NCBI RefSeq assembly: GCF_018977255.1
Contig: NW_024704743.1
Location: forward strand, 62,932,001-62,996,000
Source: Callorhinchus milii
Taxonomy: Eukaryota
Length of the DNA: 64,000 nucleotides
Direction: 5' to 3'
Shown: one piece after another, positions 58,622-64,000 of the stretch
How the letters are laid out: the number at the start of each line of letters is the position of its first letter
Position numbering within the stretch: position 1 is the first letter of the stretch
The notes under the pieces: generated by a model
What the model saw: the letters and a program-made list of their open reading frames with translations, nothing else
The model's database searches: none
Told to the model about the DNA's origin: nothing
Translations under genes and position numbers: made by a program

Positions 58622-59090
58622 GAGCAACAACAGTTAGCACTTATAATAGGATGACCGTATTTTGTAGACTAAATCCGGGGAAACATATATGAAAAAAACT
58701 GAACTCACCACAATTGCTGATGCTGGCAGTACTGGAGAACCTTGTTGGTTTTAATGGCTGTATTTCTCTGAAGAATGTATCTGCTACAGAATTTTACTGT
58801 TCTTCCTCAGTTTGTTGCTGAACTCAAGACAGGACACATTTGTCCAGGGATACAATACCTCATCCGGGAACTGTCCTCAGAAATTGGGGACTTATGGTCA
58901 CCCTAACTTATATAGCTCTTTTCAAGTAGGATAATGACTTTACAAGACAATGTAGGTCACTGAGCAGGATAGGAAGAAGGCAAGGATTTGAGGACTTTGT
59001 CCGAAGGCCGAATCAAAGAGATAGATCTTTAGAAGGCAGTGAGAGAGATTGGAAGACAAAGGGATTCTGGAAGAGAGTTCCAGAGCAGAG
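58622..59090 (-). mobile_element. Old L2 3' end interrupted by a hAT MITE
   Basis: caacaacagttagcacttata|...|tagctcttttca..; agagagttccagagc. Confidence 0.65.
58647..58905. mobile_element. hAT-Blackjack-type MITE (259 bp) with TIRs and 8-bp TSD
   Basis: TIRs taggatgaccgta / tatggtcacccta (TAGGGTGACCA type, as in MER81/MER94); TSD acttataa 58639-58646 and acttatat 58906-58913; subterminal ccggg/ggaca motifs. Confidence 0.82.
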
Positions 59091-59972
59091 AACTGGGAAC
59101 CGGGTTCAAGATCCAAACTCTGGTTGGGATCACAATCCAGAAGTTGGGCTGATGTCTGGTGATTTGCTTTCAGGCTGTTTCACTGCAAGAAAATTTGGCA
59201 AAAGGTCAGAAATGTGATGAAGCAACCTTTGTCAGCCTTTGAGATTGCCATCTTTTTGCTTTGGGATAGTTTAACAAATTTCTTAGTCAATCTCACGATT
59301 TTAGTCACTCACCTGCCATTGTCTACCACTGTCTCGTCCCTCCTGATTCACAAAATAACATTTTGAAATGTTTTGACACACTGCCCGCAAATGTCACAGA
59401 AGAAACAAAAGACAATAAAGCTACTGCATGTCTGAATCCCTCATTGAGTGAGAGCCACTATAGGAGTTAGAGCGGAAGAGTAACATATGTGGGAAGAATG
59501 GTTTGTACAGCAGTGACATAAGCTGACATCTTCACAGCATCACAGTTACTGCAAGTGACTATAAAAGTATGAGTCAGCGCCTCCTAGCGCAGGTGTCACA
59601 CTTGCTCCTCATGACATCAGTATGCTGTTCCATTATGATTTTGAGCTGCGTTGCATGGGCTGTTGTCCTCCAGAGAGCTTCGCATGAAGTGTCACACACT
59701 CGTTGCTACATATTTACATTCAATTGATTTGCAAACAATGCTGTTGCTATGGTGTTTGATACCCAGCAGCAGAGTTACTGCTGATGCAATAAAGTACAGT
59801 AAATGCTGAATGACTGTTAGTACCGTTTGGAATATAAGTGGCCTTTATTTCTCCAAATAGGTCACCTCTAGAGTTTTAAAATTCCATCTGGTGTTAAAGT
59901 GTAGGACCATTTTGTCTTAAAATTTAAGATCGTACAGAATTGTGGCAAGTTCTTCAATTCAGTCTTAATGTG

Positions 59973-60470
59973 TCCATGAGTGTTTGTGGAATAGTGTGTA
60001 CAATTGGCTGCCGCGTTCCGCCCACGATTACACAGTCGATTCACTTTACAATATATTCTGTGAAGCGCTTTGAGACATATCAACGATGTGATAAGGTGCT
60101 TTATCAAACAATAATAAAAATAATAATAATCCTTGCATTTGATATAGCGCTTTTCACGTCTTCTAGATGTCTCAAAGCGCTTCACAGAATATGCTGTAAA
60201 GTGAATTGACCGTATATTTGTGAGCAAAACGCGGCAGCCAATTGCGCACAACAATGTCCCACAAACAGTCACGGACTGAAAATGACCAATTTATTATTGT
60301 TCTGTTTTGGAGGGATTATTATTAGGGGTGTGGAGTAAGGAAACTTGCCCAAGGTTTCGCTCTGCCTGGAATTGAACCCAGGTGTCTCGCTTGCAAGGCA
60401 AGTGCTCTAACCACTGAGCTACAGGACTCCTGTAACTCCAGGACTCCAAATACAAGGATGGTTATTATTA
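59973..60470 (+). mobile_element. SINE 3' half whose tail is split by an opposite-strand SINE
   Basis: ttatcaaa|...|tacaaggatggttattatta. Confidence 0.85.
60109..60446 (-). mobile_element. tRNA-Ala-headed SINE, short subfamily
   Basis: Full reverse copy; caaa duplicated at 60105-60108 and 60447-60450. Confidence 0.95.
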
Positions 60471-60509
60471 TACTATATTTACAAGATGATTCTTTTTAAT
60501 TTTGCAACT

Positions 60510-60640
60510 TAGTTAGTGCTGTGATTTACAGTTTGATGCTGTGAAGGTGGGTTGGGGTGAGGAATGATGGGTGTTCTGGAGGATGAGACCAGATGGCCCG
60601 AAGGTCCTTCTTGATCCAAAACAATTTTGTGATCTTGTGA
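60510..60640 (+). mobile_element. Old CR1 3' UTR fragment
   Basis: gatggcccgaaggtccttcttgatcc..ttgtgatcttgtga, similar to 16600-16682. Confidence 0.55.
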
Positions 60641-61354
60641 AGAAAATGGCTTCCAAAGTAACACCGAATTGACAATTTTTTCCCAGTTCTGTACAATCTT
60701 AAATTTTAAGGCAAAATGGTCTCCTAGTCTAAGACTAAGTGGAATTTTGGACTTCCAGCATTTTCTGCTATTTCACGCCCTGTATGACTGTGCATTTGTA
60801 TATAACACAACACAGGGCTTACTGAGAGAAAACTGCTACGTCTTACAAAAGAGGCCATTAAGGCTTCCCACATGGAACATTTGATTCTTGTTGATTCAAT
60901 TAAACTGAAGCCTCACTTTGTTAGCAAGTCACTGTGATATTATTTAAACGCAGCTCCAGAATCAAGAACATCCAGGCGCATTCAAATGGTAGCATTAATT
61001 ATAATTTGATAGGTATTAATTATAACAGGGAGGACATTTCATAGCATCTTCATATTAGCCTTAGTGAAGACTTGGCAGAATCCTGCAAGCTCACATTGTA
61101 TTCTCTTTACTTTATTTCCCATCGTTTTCAAATATTCTCAGTCTGCATGCAAAGAGAGTGTACAGCTTGCCAAGCAAGCTTGCTAGGTTGGAGGAGGCTC
61201 TTTCTCAAATAGCAGAGTGTTGGATGTCAGAATTTCATGCTTTCAATTAAAATGATTGTGAAGTCTGATGAACAGTTATGAAGCAAACTTGTTGTAATCA
61301 AAGTGTTCTGGCTCCCCGATGGATAGAGGGACCAGGTTTGTAGCCCATGTCTGT

Positions 61355-61765
61355 GCTCAGCTGTCAGAAAGTTGTGGGTTCAAACCCCATTTTGGCACAG
61401 TGAAGTCACATAGTTGAGGCTGATAATCTAGTGCAGTGTCTGGAGTGCACTGTATTGTTGGAGATGCCACCCTTCGGATGGGATGTGAAACTGAGGTCCT
61501 GTCTGCCTATTCAGGTGGTTATCAAAGATAAGGTGACACAATTTGAAAAGAGAAGGGAGTTTCTCCTGGTGTTCAGGCCAACAGACCCAGAATAAAATTG
61601 ATCATTCGTTTGATAGATGTTTGTGGGGCATTGCTGTGCAGAAATTGGCTGCCATATTCGCCTACAAAATACACAGTCACTGTACATTACAGTAAATCCC
61701 ACAAAGAGGTTTGAGACATGCACCTGATATGAAAGGCACTATATCAAATGTAAAAATGCAAGAAT
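61355..61765 (+). mobile_element. Deu-domain SacSINE1-like SINE, near full length
   Basis: gtcagaaagttgtgggttcaaacccca, ttcggatgggatgtgaaactgagg, tttgtggggcattgctgtgcagaaattggctgcc, gaaaggcactatatcaaatg. Confidence 0.88.
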
Positions 61766-62035
61766 CATCTTTTCCTTCTTTTGCTTCCCTCTCCTTGCTC
61801 CCTCCTCCTCACCACCAATGACACGGCTGATGCCGAGAGCTCGTGGCGATGGTAACATAAGAACATAATAGAACAGAATGTAACTGCAGTATCCTGTAGA
61901 CCCTGACATCATGGGTGACCCACGATGAGCTGGAGGCAAGATTTTCTCAGCTCTGTTGGTAGCTTGCTGTGCAGATCAGGAACTGACACGTGTACAACAC
62001 GCTTCATTTGATCACAGCTTCAAATCCTTGAAAGT

Positions 62036-62290
62036 GACAACAACAACTTGCATTTATGCAGCATCTTTCAGTTCAAAGAAAGTCTCAGAGCATTTGATAA
62101 GGCGGACCAAGCAGGCAAAGAAGAGATTTAAAGATGTAGACCAAAGGCACGGATGATGAGATTTGTTTTATGAGGTTTTTGAAAGCAGGGAGAGAGCAGC
62201 AAGGGGAAATGGATTTAAGAAGGAAACGTAGGAGAGGGGATGGTGGAAGGTTCGGCCTCTGATGATGGAGGGAAGAGCGTGGGGAATAAG
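62036..62290 (-). mobile_element. Degraded L2 3' end
   Basis: caacaacaacttgcatttatgcagcatctttca tail. Confidence 0.65.
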
Positions 62291-63669
62291 TAATATATCT
62301 GTCTTTCTATTCCATGACAGTATGTTGGCAACATTGCTCTTATAATTGCGTCGGTATTCAACAATTAGAACTGGGCAACATGTCGCAGGACTCATTTGTC
62401 TAATGATCAGGATACAATGCCACTCAGATCACATGCCAGAAGCTATTGTTAAAGGGCTGTCACCCCCACCCTCCACACACGCATGCATTATTTCCTGAAA
62501 GGCGTTATTTACACAGTTGGGTTATTAGCTTGTTTAAACTTTCATGGATTACAGAATGGTTGTGATCTTCTTCTGGCACAAACGTTATCATCCTTCGCAG
62601 TGATGTTAATGGTTAAACCATTGTACATACGACAGTATGTTCTACAGACATTGCTCCACCAGCAATTGCAGGTAACTGCGTCATTCTCACTACCATCCAG
62701 TCATTGTTAAACACGCCGGTTTCAGTCTCTCCAGCAAACCTCTCAGAGCAATTTCCTGCTAATGATAGCTGTTTGGAGGATAAGAGATGATGGGTCGGAG
62801 GATCGGAGCAGGAATTTCCTCTCGTTCCCTTCACCCATGACAACCCACCACTCAAACCAGGAAGCTGCTCCTTCACAGCATCAGATATGTACAACTCAGG
62901 GGTCCTTGAGCACCCGTGCCATTGCAGTGGGAAGAGAGGCCAAAGACCAACCTGCCTCTTCATTGCTGACGATATTCATCACAATATTACTATTTTTCTG
63001 AGTGACTATCAGGTCTGACTTGAAGAACAGTTTAGAAATCCGAGATAAGTGGTAGCATAGAGACCCTGGCTTGCAGACTTGCAAGATTGACATTGCAGCA
63101 CCTGAACAGAATTTCTCTTAAAATGATTGTGAGGAGCTTGATCGGAAAATTGTAATGTTTTGGCAAATGCTGCATCCCAGCATTTATTTTTGCTGAGGAC
63201 CGTTTCAACATGGTAGTGCTTGTGTGCAACAGTATCAGTTGAGTCATTTGTATCATTACGTATTGCAACATTTAACTAACAGACTGCTTAGATAAAGCCA
63301 GGAGATTTGAGAACTAAGGCTACATCTGCCAAGGCTGTCAAGGGTGGGGGTAATGATGAAGGGCAGCCAATTGGCACTGATGAACAAATACACTCTGTTG
63401 CTCTGCTCTGTCTTTCAAAGCCACACAGAAACATGCATTCAACATCTTACTGGTAGGTTGTTTTTTGAATCCTTTTTTTTCTGTTAATGTGAGAATTAAA
63501 CAAATTGCTTGTCATAATTATTTTCATACCCCAATGTGTAGTGAGGAACTGCTGTATTTTTATGCACAAATAACATTTAACAAACATTTATACAGGAGTA
63601 TTATTTTACTTGGTTTTAGTTGTATGGTTTAAGGTGCAGGAAAATTTACAATTGGTTTCAAAACTGTAG

Positions 63670-63855
63670 CTGAGATTTAAAAATCTATTCAGTCTTAGCC
63701 TTTACGATAATTTTGTCCCAAAAGTTATGATTGCGTAGAATTGTGGAAAAATCTTAAATTCAATCTTCATTCTAGACGCCAATTCTTTTCAAACCTTGCG
63801 GAAAAACAGCCGACTTTAAGAGTGAATTTACGTCTTTTTTTCAACAATTCTGCAC
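63670..63855. mobile_element. Degraded palindromic MITE copy
   Basis: tagaattgtggaaaaatcttaaattcaatctt ... aagagtgaattta..caacaattctg. Confidence 0.6.
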
Positions 63856-63859
63856 TGTG

Positions 63860-64000
63860 TATCAGCTTGCCTTAATGGTAGCACTCTCTTGTCTCTGAGT
63901 CAGAAGGTTGTGAGTTCAAATCTTTGAATTTAGATAGTCAAAGATGACACTGCAGTTCTAGTGTGTTGCATTGTCAGAGGTGCCGACCATCAGATAAGTT
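63860..64000 (+). mobile_element. Deu-domain SINE, cut by the window edge
   Basis: gtagcactctcttgtctctgagtcagaaggttgtgagttcaaatc..tgtcagaggtgccg. Confidence 0.85.

Larger units (their letters stand above)
59868..60760. mobile_element. Palindromic MITE with arms at about 59868-59972 and 60660-60760, separated by nested insertions
   Basis: 59905-59939 is the reverse complement of 60687-60721 at 33/35; same family as 17925 and 63670. Confidence 0.75.

Noticed and set aside
62613..63093. Overlapping ORFs on both strands, considered as an env or pseudogene remnant
   Set aside because: No recognisable motifs; lengths are compatible with chance

Overview
Vertebrate-type, CpG-depleted, repeat-rich genomic DNA with no complete protein-coding gene, no prokaryotic features and no CRISPR. 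The repeat repertoire points to a cartilaginous fish, probably a chimaera (inference): CR1 LINEs with (TTCTTATG)n tails, L2 LINEs with (TTG)n tails, SacSINE1/Deu-domain-like SINEs, and a young tRNA-Ala-headed SINE with an L2-type tail. Almost all protein-like ORFs in the track are decayed CR1 or L2 fragments. The largest element is a 3.6-kb 5'-truncated CR1 with SGNH-esterase ORF1 and APE-RT ORF2 (about 18.9-22.5 kb). The ORF track misses an R4/Dong-clade retrotransposon fragment (restriction-like endonuclease) that lies between (TAA)n runs and is split by a CR1. Other notable observations: probable 5' exons of a minus-strand gene with a signal-peptide-like exon running off the left edge; two inverted SINEs 18 kb apart sharing a ~95-bp 3' flank; a SINE subfamily whose tail matches the young L2 tail; repeated fold-back structures at retroposon 5' junctions; hAT and palindromic MITEs; and a weak miR-302/430-like hairpin. 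I found no convincing new biological system. Repeat boundaries were read by eye and are approximate (tens of bp) unless exact junctions are quoted, and family names come from remembered motifs, not database searches.
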